Positions 41,359 through 50,762 of a stretch of 64,000 nt of DNA are shown here, one piece after another. Made by a program: the position numbers and the translations under genes. Position 1 is the first letter of the stretch. Each line of letters starts with the position of its first letter. The notes beneath the pieces are model-generated. The model was not told the origin of the DNA. It was given only the letters and a program-made list of their open reading frames with translations, and did no database searches. Origin of the DNA: a virus; IMG/VR virus record IMGVR_UViG_3300043446_003513, positions 42,680-106,679 of that record; one strand, 5' to 3'.

Positions 41359-43074
41359 TTATAGCGTAATATAAATTGCTCCGCTATTTGTCGTGTCATA
41401 TCCTTGAGTATTCCACACTCTTGATTCTACCAAATAATAACCACTAGTCAAGCCTAGGAAAAATCCATTCATATTTGATAAAGATCCATAGCCAGTATTG
41501 TGTGCATTATCATCATCTAAACTGCTTCCATCAATCCTATGAAATCTGGCTGCCTGAAATGCATAAAAAGACCCATTCCATTTAAATAAAACTAAGGCAA
41601 ACCACGGGACTTGAGACGGGATTGATGCTGGGACCCTAGTATATCCAATTGCTGTCGTTCCCACGCCACCCGCAGTAAAAGACGTATTTGTGCCAGATGT
41701 TGGTACTGCTGTTGCATTAGTAGTAATATATCTTCCATATGGAACAATATTTGAAGAGCTGGCAAATAAAGTAGATGCACCATTTACAATACCATAAGAA
41801 CCTCCATATACAACTGCAGTATATGCAGCGCCAGGAGACAATCCAGAAAAAGTAATTGATGACGAAGAAGATACTGTTACTGCTTGATATGTTGGAGCTG
41901 AAAAAAGTGTTTGATATTTATAAAGTTCTACAATTTTTGGATTTGTTCCTCCAGTAAACGAATCGAACGTTATGCTTGTTGTCGTCACAGACCAGCTAAA
42001 ATTAGTTGGATAAGCTGGATAATATGGGGTTGTATAGTTTAATGAGGTAGCTGATGGGCTCAAATACCCATTTGCTAATGGATACACATAAAAAGTATAG
42101 GTTGTATTTTCTGATAAATAGGCAACAGGAGACCACGTAAGCATGCCAGCAGTATAAGCAGACTGTATAAATGTTGATCCAATATAGTATGAAACAAAAT
42201 AATCTGTTGCATTTGCAACAGCATTCCATTTTACTTCAATATACCCAGTTGTCGGATTATAATTATATACTTGAAATCCAGTTACTGATGAAAGCGTTGG
42301 GGGAGCTGAGGTTGTTGCACTTACTTCAGAACTTAAATTTCCAGCATATCCAGTAACAGATCCAGATACAATAGATCCAGTATATGGTTTTACCGCAAAA
42401 TAGTATGTATTGGATGGAGATAGTCCAGATATTGTTATTGAAGTAGAACTTGTATGAACATTATTGTTTAGGATTCCAGAAGCTCCGCCATAATATACTA
42501 TATAAGAATTACTGTATGCTCCCGCAGTCCAGCTTAAATTAATACTGGTTGTGGTTGCTCCAGAAGTTGCAAGGTTTGAAATATTTCTTGCTCCCTCTAC
42601 TGTGACGGCAGTAGAGTATGAATAAGTTGTTGTTCCATAAGTGCTATTATATGCTTTAGTATAATATCTGTAATAATTAGTTGTATTTGCAACAACGTGG
42701 GTTCCGTTGTTTAAAAGGTTTTGAGTGTTTGATGTAGTTAATCCAGCAGCTGGATTTGTTGCTGTAGCATCTGAATAAAAAGAACTATACGAAGATCCAT
42801 CCGTAGACATTTGAAAGGCATAATCTAGTGTGTCATAGTCTGACCAATGGTAGTGTGTTCCAGTTAAATATCTCAATCCAGTAGTAGCATTTGCAGCACT
42901 TACTGAAATTTCAGATTGAGATTCTACGGAAGGTGAAACAACTGAAGAAAAAATTTGTTTCCATGTTCCAGAAACTCTTATATATGCAGAAGAAACATTT
43001 TTCCATGCACCAGAAACTCTTAACTTAATTGAGTTTACATCTTTCCAAGAAGAGTCTCTTAATTTAATTGGCAT
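41359..43074 (-). CDS. FN3-repeat tail fibre / receptor-binding protein
   Basis: N-terminal (V.GAWK)n repeats; several LSW…Y…GLSP…Y.F.V FN3 units; Ser/Thr-rich. Confidence 0.78.
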   Translation of the reverse strand: MPIKLRDSSWKDVNSIKLRVSGAWKNVSSAYIRVSGTWKQIFSSVVSPSVESQSEISVSAANATTGLRYLTGTHYHWSDYDTLDYAFQMSTDGSSYSSFYSDATATNPAAGLTTSNTQNLLNNGTHVVANTTNYYRYYTKAYNSTYGTTTYSYSTAVTVEGARNISNLATSGATTTSINLSWTAGAYSNSYIVYYGGASGILNNNVHTSSTSITISGLSPSNTYYFAVKPYTGSIVSGSVTGYAGNLSSEVSATTSAPPTLSSVTGFQVYNYNPTTGYIEVKWNAVANATDYFVSYYIGSTFIQSAYTAGMLTWSPVAYLSENTTYTFYVYPLANGYLSPSATSLNYTTPYYPAYPTNFSWSVTTTSITFDSFTGGTNPKIVELYKYQTLFSAPTYQAVTVSSSSSITFSGLSPGAAYTAVVYGGSYGIVNGASTLFASSSNIVPYGRYITTNATAVPTSGTNTSFTAGGVGTTAIGYTRVPASIPSQVPWFALVLFKWNGSFYAFQAARFHRIDGSSLDDDNAHNTGYGSLSNMNGFFLGLTSGYYLVESRVWNTQGYDTTNSGAIYITL

Positions 43075-43081
43075 GATTATC

Positions 43082-44419
43082 CTATGGTGTATATACTAAT
43101 AAAACGTCGCCATCTGATGACGAATAAGATGATGCAGAATTATAATTAGATGTAGATACAGTTAACATATTTCTCAGCATTCTTGCTCCACCAGAATTTG
43201 TTGTATAAGAAGCTCCAGCAATTGGATATAATGCAGAAAAACCAGATGATTGCTTTCCACCTATTACAATTTCTGATGTAGAATTTGTTTTTAAAACATT
43301 AACGGGATCTAAACTTGTTCCATAATATCCTTGATCAACAATATGCATTGGTCCTAAAGCAGCATATATTCTATAATCATTAAGTTTAATTTGTGGAACT
43401 GGAACTATAGTTGAGTTTGTAGATGTTAAAACTAAAGACCCATCTGAGGATGAAATTTCTGTGATGCCGCCATTGTTGTCATCTGTTGAAAGTATAGACC
43501 ATGCGCCATACGAAGGGTTTCCTATGTATCCAGAAGTGGCAGTTACCTGTCCAGTTAGTGTGATATTTCCAGATAAGTCTGCTGAAAATACTTTTTGATT
43601 TGCTGTATTATAAACTGCCATTCCTGGAGTAATTACATATGTAAGTGGTGTAGGAAGTCCAGTTATTGGATCTGGATAAGATGTAATATTTGTTGTAGAG
43701 CTAGACAATTCTATTCTTGCACCAGTTGCATTTCCAGCTCTTAAAAATGATGTTGCTGATATTGTTCCGCCCTTAATATTATCAAATACTAAAACATCAC
43801 CTTTTAATTTACTTATTGTTACTGCACCTGGACCCAAATCTACATCAGATGCCCTGGTTGCCCCTCCTGAAATTGTTGCTACAAGAGCTTTGCTTGATTC
43901 TGTTCCGTCTAAATTTACTGCAGAAGCAAAAATATAAACTGGTTGGCCATACTGAACATATGTTCCGTCGACTGGAAGAGTTACCGTATTATCTACTAAA
44001 TCAGCATATAAAATTCCAGCAAGTTTTGCGGTACCAGATGAATATGTATTTTGATACCCAGCATAAACATTAATACATTTAAAGTTATTAAAAGATTCAG
44101 TCGGATTGCTGCCTTGATATGTTCCATCCCACTCAACAAGCACCGAAGCAAACTGGCTTGTTCCAGTAAATCCAGTCGGAACCTTTGGAGCATCTGTTGG
44201 AATTGTTATTCTATATGATGGAGACCATTCTTGTCTTCTGGTGCCATCTTGCATTACCCATCTAAATTGAATTGCATAAGTTTTTCCAGGAACTAGGTCT
44301 GGAATTCTTTTAGTAACAAAGTTTAAAAATGACTGTGCCTTATATGTATCAGATGCAGTTTTCCTTAAATCTGGAGGAAGATATACTGTTGACCCACCCA
44401 ATAATACTGGAATAGACAT
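43082..44419 (-). CDS. minor tail / fibre protein
   Basis: FN3-like N-terminus; G.ITLTG.VTATSG.IG beta-helix-like repeats. Confidence 0.72.
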   Translation of the reverse strand: MSIPVLLGGSTVYLPPDLRKTASDTYKAQSFLNFVTKRIPDLVPGKTYAIQFRWVMQDGTRRQEWSPSYRITIPTDAPKVPTGFTGTSQFASVLVEWDGTYQGSNPTESFNNFKCINVYAGYQNTYSSGTAKLAGILYADLVDNTVTLPVDGTYVQYGQPVYIFASAVNLDGTESSKALVATISGGATRASDVDLGPGAVTISKLKGDVLVFDNIKGGTISATSFLRAGNATGARIELSSSTTNITSYPDPITGLPTPLTYVITPGMAVYNTANQKVFSADLSGNITLTGQVTATSGYIGNPSYGAWSILSTDDNNGGITEISSSDGSLVLTSTNSTIVPVPQIKLNDYRIYAALGPMHIVDQGYYGTSLDPVNVLKTNSTSEIVIGGKQSSGFSALYPIAGASYTTNSGGARMLRNMLTVSTSNYNSASSYSSSDGDVLLVYTP

Positions 44420-45387
44420 TAGAAATTAAGTCCTACTCTATATTCTAAATCTAATTGTTGTCCAGCTGTTTTAACTATTTCTGTATCTAAAACAGATCGG
44501 CTAATCATTCCGTTTATTGGATCAAATGTGTCCTCATCATTTATTCTTAAAGCATCTAAATAAACTGTAGCTGGAGATGCAGCTGAAGAACAGGTGACTT
44601 CAATTCCTATTGCGATTATATTTGACAATAGAGGTGTTCCAGAATATTGATTTATTAAATTTTCTAAAGTAACAGAATGTATTTTATTTCCCAATGCGGC
44701 CCATGTTCCGCCATCCTCAATTGTTCCACTAGTAGAAGAATAATCCAAATAATAATATGATGCAGTGTCAGAATATAATTTAATTCTTATTTTTGATAAA
44801 TTTGTATCTGCTTTAATATATGACAAAGTCAATGTGTCTGCGGCTGTGTAACCAGAAAAATCTGTTACTGGAATAACAGCTTTATATTCTATGCTTGTAG
44901 TAAGTCCGTCATTAATAATTTTAGATGTACTGGATCCTACTCTTGCAGTATATGTATTTGATGTTGGGGTAAACTCTGGATTTCCAGATCCACCAACTAA
45001 ATTCCAATTTGTAACATCGTCAAATAACGAAATCATCTTTCCAGTAAATTTATTTGCAGCTATGCCAGATGCTGGATAAACTCCAACTTCGCTAATTACT
45101 CCAGATACTTCTTGAGGAATAGTTGTTTTATAAACAACCGAATAAAGTGTATCTCCAGGAGCAATTGTAGTTTGACCATCCCTTGCGGTTATTGGTGAAG
45201 CAGTTTCATTTGTTTCAATGTCTATACTTCCAAACTCAACTGGAAATCTAAAAAACTCAAAGTCTAGTCTAGTACTTAGATCGCTTTCGGCACTAGAACC
45301 TACTCCCAATGCAATATCTTTTTGTGCAAATGGTACATTGCCAGCTAAGTAGTTAGTTAAAAATCTTTTTCCAAATTTTGTAATCAT
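44419..45387 (-). CDS. minor tail / baseplate protein with carbohydrate-binding-like insert
   Basis: IT..G…IALGVG…I.EVG…LEYR; position in the tail module. Confidence 0.7.
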   Translation of the reverse strand: MITKFGKRFLTNYLAGNVPFAQKDIALGVGSSAESDLSTRLDFEFFRFPVEFGSIDIETNETASPITARDGQTTIAPGDTLYSVVYKTTIPQEVSGVISEVGVYPASGIAANKFTGKMISLFDDVTNWNLVGGSGNPEFTPTSNTYTARVGSSTSKIINDGLTTSIEYKAVIPVTDFSGYTAADTLTLSYIKADTNLSKIRIKLYSDTASYYYLDYSSTSGTIEDGGTWAALGNKIHSVTLENLINQYSGTPLLSNIIAIGIEVTCSSAASPATVYLDALRINDEDTFDPINGMISRSVLDTEIVKTAGQQLDLEYRVGLNF

Positions 45388-45779
45388 TATTGAACCTCTG
45401 CTATTTTATAATCTACATCTTTAATTAATAGTCTTTGTGAATTATTAATTTTAAAAGTTATCTCATATCTTTTTCTTGACCCATCCATATATGATGTTGG
45501 ACCGCTATAAATTGTTATATCATCTAGGGCTATAGCAAAAGCTCCTTGAGAGGCAGTTCCAGAAAATTTATCAGATGTTGTTATTTTAGAGGATTGAGAA
45601 AATTGATTTTGTGGAGTAGAAATAGAAGGTAGTGCGCCTCTTAAACTTGATTTTCCTGGTATGGAGTCTACAATTCTATGATATCTTGGATCCAATAAAT
45701 ACTCTTCTGGAGAGCCAGCTTGAATAAAAACTGGATTTGCTAAAGGCAAATTTCCTGTAGAATATATTGGATTGCTCAT
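45387..45779 (-). CDS. hypothetical tail-module protein
   Basis: Leaderless TGGTATAAT 6 nt before ATG. Confidence 0.65.
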   Translation of the reverse strand: MSNPIYSTGNLPLANPVFIQAGSPEEYLLDPRYHRIVDSIPGKSSLRGALPSISTPQNQFSQSSKITTSDKFSGTASQGAFAIALDDITIYSGPTSYMDGSRKRYEITFKINNSQRLLIKDVDYKIAEVQ

Positions 45780-45802
45780 TTTATCATTATACCATTAGGT
45801 TA

Positions 45803-47743
45803 TTAGGAATATGAATTTATAGACCTACAACCAAGAACGGTTTCTAGCCCCCCGTCAAATGACTGTTCTACTGCTGTAACTAAAAACTTTTGAGAATCTG
45901 TTATTCCAGACCTTGGATATGAAACTGTAATTATATCTCCAACTGCAACAAATGGGTTGCCAAAAACTTGTAACTGTAAGAAAACAGAATTTTTAGACCA
46001 TTGTTCTTTTAACCAATTAGCCATTTTCTCAGCATCAGATTTTCTTTGTATCCAGGTTGATTCTAATATGATAAATTCATCATTGACATATTCTGTTGGT
46101 TCAACTGTATTATATTCTGACTTTTCTCCAGTTATTACAGAATTACCAATCATAAAAAAGCTAATCTGTTGTTCTGGATCAGACAACGGAACTGTAGTGG
46201 AAGAGTTGTTTATTACATATGCTTTAAATCCAAAATTATTAGATTTTTGTGCAAGAACCTCTACGTATTTATTTATTCCAGTACTTAAAAATTTAGCATA
46301 TCCTGGCGTTTGTGTAGTAAACTTTTCCTCAATTACCATTAATTCTTTTGCAGTTGTTCCAAATTCTTCGTAATATCCATTGTACTCCTGAGAATTTTTA
46401 TTTACTACTTTATTTCCATATGCTATTGAAAGGGCAGAAAACGGAGCTCGACCTGCTGTAAACTTATCTAACTCCAATGAATTATATTGATCTTCGTATA
46501 GAGGATAGGCGTAAACATAATCAAAATTGCATTCGCCTTTCATGGTAAAAAGACCAATATTTTTTGTTGGCTGTAGCGGGCTTACAGAATCTTCTGCAAC
46601 AATTTTTGCCCTTCCGTTAATATAAACGGTTATTAAGTTTGAAGTTGTGCCACAATTTACCTTTAAATCTATTACATACTCTTCTGCACTTGTAATGCCA
46701 CTAAATGATTGACCTAAATTACCTTGGCTGTCTGGAAGTCTTTTAAATTTATTTGTAGATTCAATTTTAACAATTGATATGTCTGTATTTACCTCTTTAT
46801 TGTCTGTTCCAACGTTTGATTGTGTTGTTTTGACAACTACTGCATATCCAGAAGACCCAGAAGGATTTAAGAAAAATCCAATCCCGCCTTGGGGTGCATC
46901 TACTTTATCTTTCCATTCTGAAAAGAATAGTTTAGTTCCAAATGTAAAATGTTTGTATTGTGGATAAACAACAGGTGGATTAGACGCTGGATAATATGTA
47001 GGAGAGCCATATTGTAAATCAATTCCAGTTCCTTTTACAGCAAGAGTGGTTTGTCCATCTATTGCAAACGGATTACTTATTGTAAAAACAGAACCAGAAA
47101 TTTTTTTGTGATCTAATAAAATAGACCCCGAAGAATTTGTTCCTAAGGAAAGTGTATCTTCTTGTACTGGATATGTCTCGGACCAAAATTCTTTATTCTC
47201 TTCGTAATTCCATGGAGTCCACATATTATTTATATCTTTATTTACAACTTGATCAGATATTACTGGAGCCAATAAACTAGGATTTGTAAAGCTTTGAATT
47301 CTTGCAATTCCGTTTAAACCTATTGGATAAAATGTAGTAAATGTTGCATATACATAATTTCCATATACTGCACCATTTGAAGAACTAACAGACCTTACTC
47401 TAAAGTCATATTTTGTATTCTGATCTAACCCACTTAATTGTAATGTTTTTAATTTACCAGAAGTACTTTGATTAATTTCTATATCCTCTTCATTAATTAC
47501 ATTAACTCCAGTAAACGCAGTTCCCTGACCCCATGACTGTGATTCTTTTTTATACTCACCCTGAATAGTTCTTCCAGTATAAGTTACAATATAAACAAGC
47601 ATGTTATTAAGATTTAAATTATTTTGATCTATCTCGCCTTGTGCTAAATCATATTCTGCGCCTGGAAAAAAATCTAAATCATATATTTTTCCAGCAGCAC
47701 TAGAATCGGTACCACTTTGATCATATGTTAATGTTTGACTCAT
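45803..47743 (-). CDS. minor tail protein (C-terminal hub-like part; FN3 and lectin-like domains)
   Basis: L.GL…TKYDFRVR; C-terminal WIQ…A…GNP…GDII.V. Confidence 0.75.
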   Translation of the reverse strand: MSQTLTYDQSGTDSSAAGKIYDLDFFPGAEYDLAQGEIDQNNLNLNNMLVYIVTYTGRTIQGEYKKESQSWGQGTAFTGVNVINEEDIEINQSTSGKLKTLQLSGLDQNTKYDFRVRSVSSSNGAVYGNYVYATFTTFYPIGLNGIARIQSFTNPSLLAPVISDQVVNKDINNMWTPWNYEENKEFWSETYPVQEDTLSLGTNSSGSILLDHKKISGSVFTISNPFAIDGQTTLAVKGTGIDLQYGSPTYYPASNPPVVYPQYKHFTFGTKLFFSEWKDKVDAPQGGIGFFLNPSGSSGYAVVVKTTQSNVGTDNKEVNTDISIVKIESTNKFKRLPDSQGNLGQSFSGITSAEEYVIDLKVNCGTTSNLITVYINGRAKIVAEDSVSPLQPTKNIGLFTMKGECNFDYVYAYPLYEDQYNSLELDKFTAGRAPFSALSIAYGNKVVNKNSQEYNGYYEEFGTTAKELMVIEEKFTTQTPGYAKFLSTGINKYVEVLAQKSNNFGFKAYVINNSSTTVPLSDPEQQISFFMIGNSVITGEKSEYNTVEPTEYVNDEFIILESTWIQRKSDAEKMANWLKEQWSKNSVFLQLQVFGNPFVAVGDIITVSYPRSGITDSQKFLVTAVEQSFDGGLETVLGCRSINSYS

Positions 47744-50334
47744 TTCCAGGTCACCCCAACAATATTCCAAGAATTTAATATAGCAGACACATCAATCAAA
47801 TGGTCTTGTGGCGTTGTTCCAAAGGAACCTCGCTCTTTAATTCTATATCTACCGTTAGGCTGAATATTATTCTTGCCAACTTCAGGTTTTGCTATAGAAA
47901 TAATTTGTTCTAAATCGCTCTTGCTTTGTATTAGTACTGTTTCTTTATTTCCAGTATCGGCAGAATAATACTCATACTCTACCCCGTCAAATTCTATAAT
48001 TTCTGAATTCAAGGTTAGATATCCATTATAACTCATTACTGCTTCTGGAATTAATGAAGAATCTTTTACTGGATCTAACTCTACAAAAAATCCTGCGCTT
48101 TGACTAGAAAGAAGGTTTGTTCTTAATACACCAGCTCCAATATTTTTAGCTCCTTGACTATCCCATAAATTTTGTTTGCTTTGTTCTAAATCCATTTCAG
48201 AGCCATAGGTTGAATAGTAAACAACTTTAACCTTATTTGTTGCCCTCTGTTCTGTTTTTTCTAAAGATATAATATTTGCCAAGTCTGGAGTCTTAACTAC
48301 AGTTCCTCCGCCACCCCATAGTAAATTTGGAAATGGACTTGAAATTTTACTGTTAGTTCCAGTCGAAGCACCATTACTATAAAGAGTAAATGTTGTAGAA
48401 TTTGCAGATATAACAACACCAGAAATATTATATATATTATTTACAACTCCAGTGACAGTAACTATATCTCCTTGTTTAAAATTATTATTTGCAGTATATA
48501 TATACTTAAAGTCATTTACTGTAGCTGGATGATTTGGAGGAGGGTCTGGCATATTTGTTGTTGCGCCTGTAATTTGAATTGGAGTATTTGATTCAGTGGT
48601 GTTCCTAAACTCCCACATAACCGAAGAAGAATCTTGCGGATAAGCTTTTCTATTTGGATCAAATAGTGCATCCTTTGTATAGAACTGAAGAACATTTTCT
48701 TCATCAAAGAAGGCGGTTAGCTGAGAGTCTCTACACAATTCACCTAATGCATTCCAAACAGTTTTATTTGAGTCTGTCCACCAATAATATGGTGTTATTG
48801 TAGAGCTTTCAGAAATTGTTCCATAGTCAGTTGTAACTGAACCATATGTTGGATCTACCCTTCTAAAATTAAATTTATAATTTGTAAACCCAATTGAATC
48901 TAGTAAATACCTTATGATGCCTGGAACTGTATAGTTTTTGCATAATACTGGAGCTGCAGAAATTTCTTGTAAATACTTTGCCCCATCTCTTGCCGAAATT
49001 GCTATTTCTCCATATTCATTTATTGTCCAACTATCTAAATAAAAAGTACCTTGTTTTGCAATTAATAATTCACTTCCAGTAATTTCGCTTAAAGTAATAA
49101 AGGGTTTAATAACCATATTTTTGGAAAAATATAATGTTGATTGGTTTAAAGTTTGGCTTTTATCAAATGCTTTTACATATTCCGAAGCAAGGGCGGCTGG
49201 ACTGAATAAATTTAACTGTAATGAGTTTGCACTGATTCTTCCAACTGGAAGATAATCTTCACTACCAGACGACGAATCTTTTGTTATAGAACAACTGACA
49301 ATTTCATCTAAAATTTGTTTTCTCCATACAGGGGAAACTTCTATAACTCCAATAAATTTATCAGTGCTTCCAGTTTCTTTTGTAGCCGTCACCCTTATAT
49401 CCGTAGTAGATACTGGTGCAGCAGCACTCCAAACATAATCTTTGGTCCATGTGGATCCGTTATAGTATAGCTCAAATACTCCCTTATTAACGCCTTCGTT
49501 TGCCGTAGTATATGGAATATCTGTATTTACTCCAGAAAAAATTGGGGTAGTTGAATTAGACAAATAAATATTAAAGGTTGCTGGAGTTGAGTGAGATAGT
49601 TCAAACTTAACTACAATCTTATTTGTTAATATAGTTTTTGGATACTTTAATCTAAGATCAATTCCTTTTCCTCTTCCACCCACCCAGTATTTATAATATG
49701 TATCTTCACCTGGATAATAAACCCTGTGTTTAGATGTCATTTGATATCCATACTCTAATGCTTTAGGGTCTGAATAGTTTGGCGCTGTTCCTTCTTTTTT
49801 TAAGTCTCCAAGAATTGCATATTTAATACCAGAACTATTTGGCCTAAATGGTTCTTTAATTGTATCTATTGGAAATAACTTTTTAAATGGAAGTCCTACT
49901 ACATTTTCAACTGGATAGTAATCAGATTTCTTGCTTGCTTTTCCACCACTAGAATATGTTCCAGTTATTAAGCTGCTTACAGTAAAATAAGAAGAAGTGG
50001 CGCTAGCTACCACCACATCTTTTAAATTAAATTGTGATGGGTTAACCCCAATAATACTTACGGTATCTCCAGCCGAAAAAGTATTGTTTGCAGTATATGT
50101 TATTACTGCACCAGTAGCTGCAACGGAAGTTATTGTTGCTTCTGTTTCTAAATCGTAATTAGATACAGAAACTGTTTGAGTTGGTGTCTCACCATACTCA
50201 TTCATGTTATATTCTATAAATGTTTCACACATTGCTTTAATAGAATAGTCTTGATTCATTCTATTAAAAACAAGGTTGGTAGATGTTGTATCTGTGGTTA
50301 AATTTCCATTAGATACTGTTGTTGGTTGGATCAT
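47740..50334 (-). CDS. minor tail / tail-tip hub protein (N-terminal part)
   Basis: Follows the Dit-like gene; GTFY..SW, ARDGAKYL, VW..L.EL…FFDE..L.F. Confidence 0.78.
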   Translation of the reverse strand: MIQPTTVSNGNLTTDTTSTNLVFNRMNQDYSIKAMCETFIEYNMNEYGETPTQTVSVSNYDLETEATITSVAATGAVITYTANNTFSAGDTVSIIGVNPSQFNLKDVVVASATSSYFTVSSLITGTYSSGGKASKKSDYYPVENVVGLPFKKLFPIDTIKEPFRPNSSGIKYAILGDLKKEGTAPNYSDPKALEYGYQMTSKHRVYYPGEDTYYKYWVGGRGKGIDLRLKYPKTILTNKIVVKFELSHSTPATFNIYLSNSTTPIFSGVNTDIPYTTANEGVNKGVFELYYNGSTWTKDYVWSAAAPVSTTDIRVTATKETGSTDKFIGVIEVSPVWRKQILDEIVSCSITKDSSSGSEDYLPVGRISANSLQLNLFSPAALASEYVKAFDKSQTLNQSTLYFSKNMVIKPFITLSEITGSELLIAKQGTFYLDSWTINEYGEIAISARDGAKYLQEISAAPVLCKNYTVPGIIRYLLDSIGFTNYKFNFRRVDPTYGSVTTDYGTISESSTITPYYWWTDSNKTVWNALGELCRDSQLTAFFDEENVLQFYTKDALFDPNRKAYPQDSSSVMWEFRNTTESNTPIQITGATTNMPDPPPNHPATVNDFKYIYTANNNFKQGDIVTVTGVVNNIYNISGVVISANSTTFTLYSNGASTGTNSKISSPFPNLLWGGGGTVVKTPDLANIISLEKTEQRATNKVKVVYYSTYGSEMDLEQSKQNLWDSQGAKNIGAGVLRTNLLSSQSAGFFVELDPVKDSSLIPEAVMSYNGYLTLNSEIIEFDGVEYEYYSADTGNKETVLIQSKSDLEQIISIAKPEVGKNNIQPNGRYRIKERGSFGTTPQDHLIDVSAILNSWNIVGVTWK

Positions 50335-50762
50335 ATTTCCTCTAAAGTTAGAGACACATTCCAAAATTCTTCTGGAGAAGAGGATACAGTATTTTTTACA
50401 TTTCGTCTTACAATTTCAAAACTTGCATCTGTTACAAATGCTGAAAATGAATGAGTCGTAGATCCGTTATAATTTACAGTTACAGTCATTTGTCCGCTTG
50501 TACTTAAATATAAATCTCTTATTTGTGCTGCACCATATTTCCCATCTACAGTTGAAGCAGATGTAGAAGGAAGCATTTGCCATGAAACGCTTAGCGTTCT
50601 ATATGTGTCAATAAAAAACCTTCTCATTAGACCGCTAGCCATTCTTTGAGATTTTTCGATATTATTAAATGATATTGTTATTGGACCTCTATTATGCTCA
50701 CTAAGCTGATTTCCCTCAAGCGAGAGTGCTGAACCTACTGGAAGTACTAATGGATATGCCAT
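50331..50762 (-). CDS. distal-tail-like protein
   Basis: R.ASG.MRR…SW..L…VSLTLEE; immediately after the tape measure gene. Confidence 0.7.
   Translation of the reverse strand: MAYPLVLPVGSALSLEGNQLSEHNRGPITISFNNIEKSQRMASGLMRRFFIDTYRTLSVSWQMLPSTSASTVDGKYGAAQIRDLYLSTSGQMTVTVNYNGSTTHSFSAFVTDASFEIVRRNVKNTVSSSPEEFWNVSLTLEEI

Noticed and set aside
41359-44419. Diversity-generating retroelement acting on fibre genes
   Set aside because: No reverse transcriptase and no TR/VR near-duplicate noticed in the window
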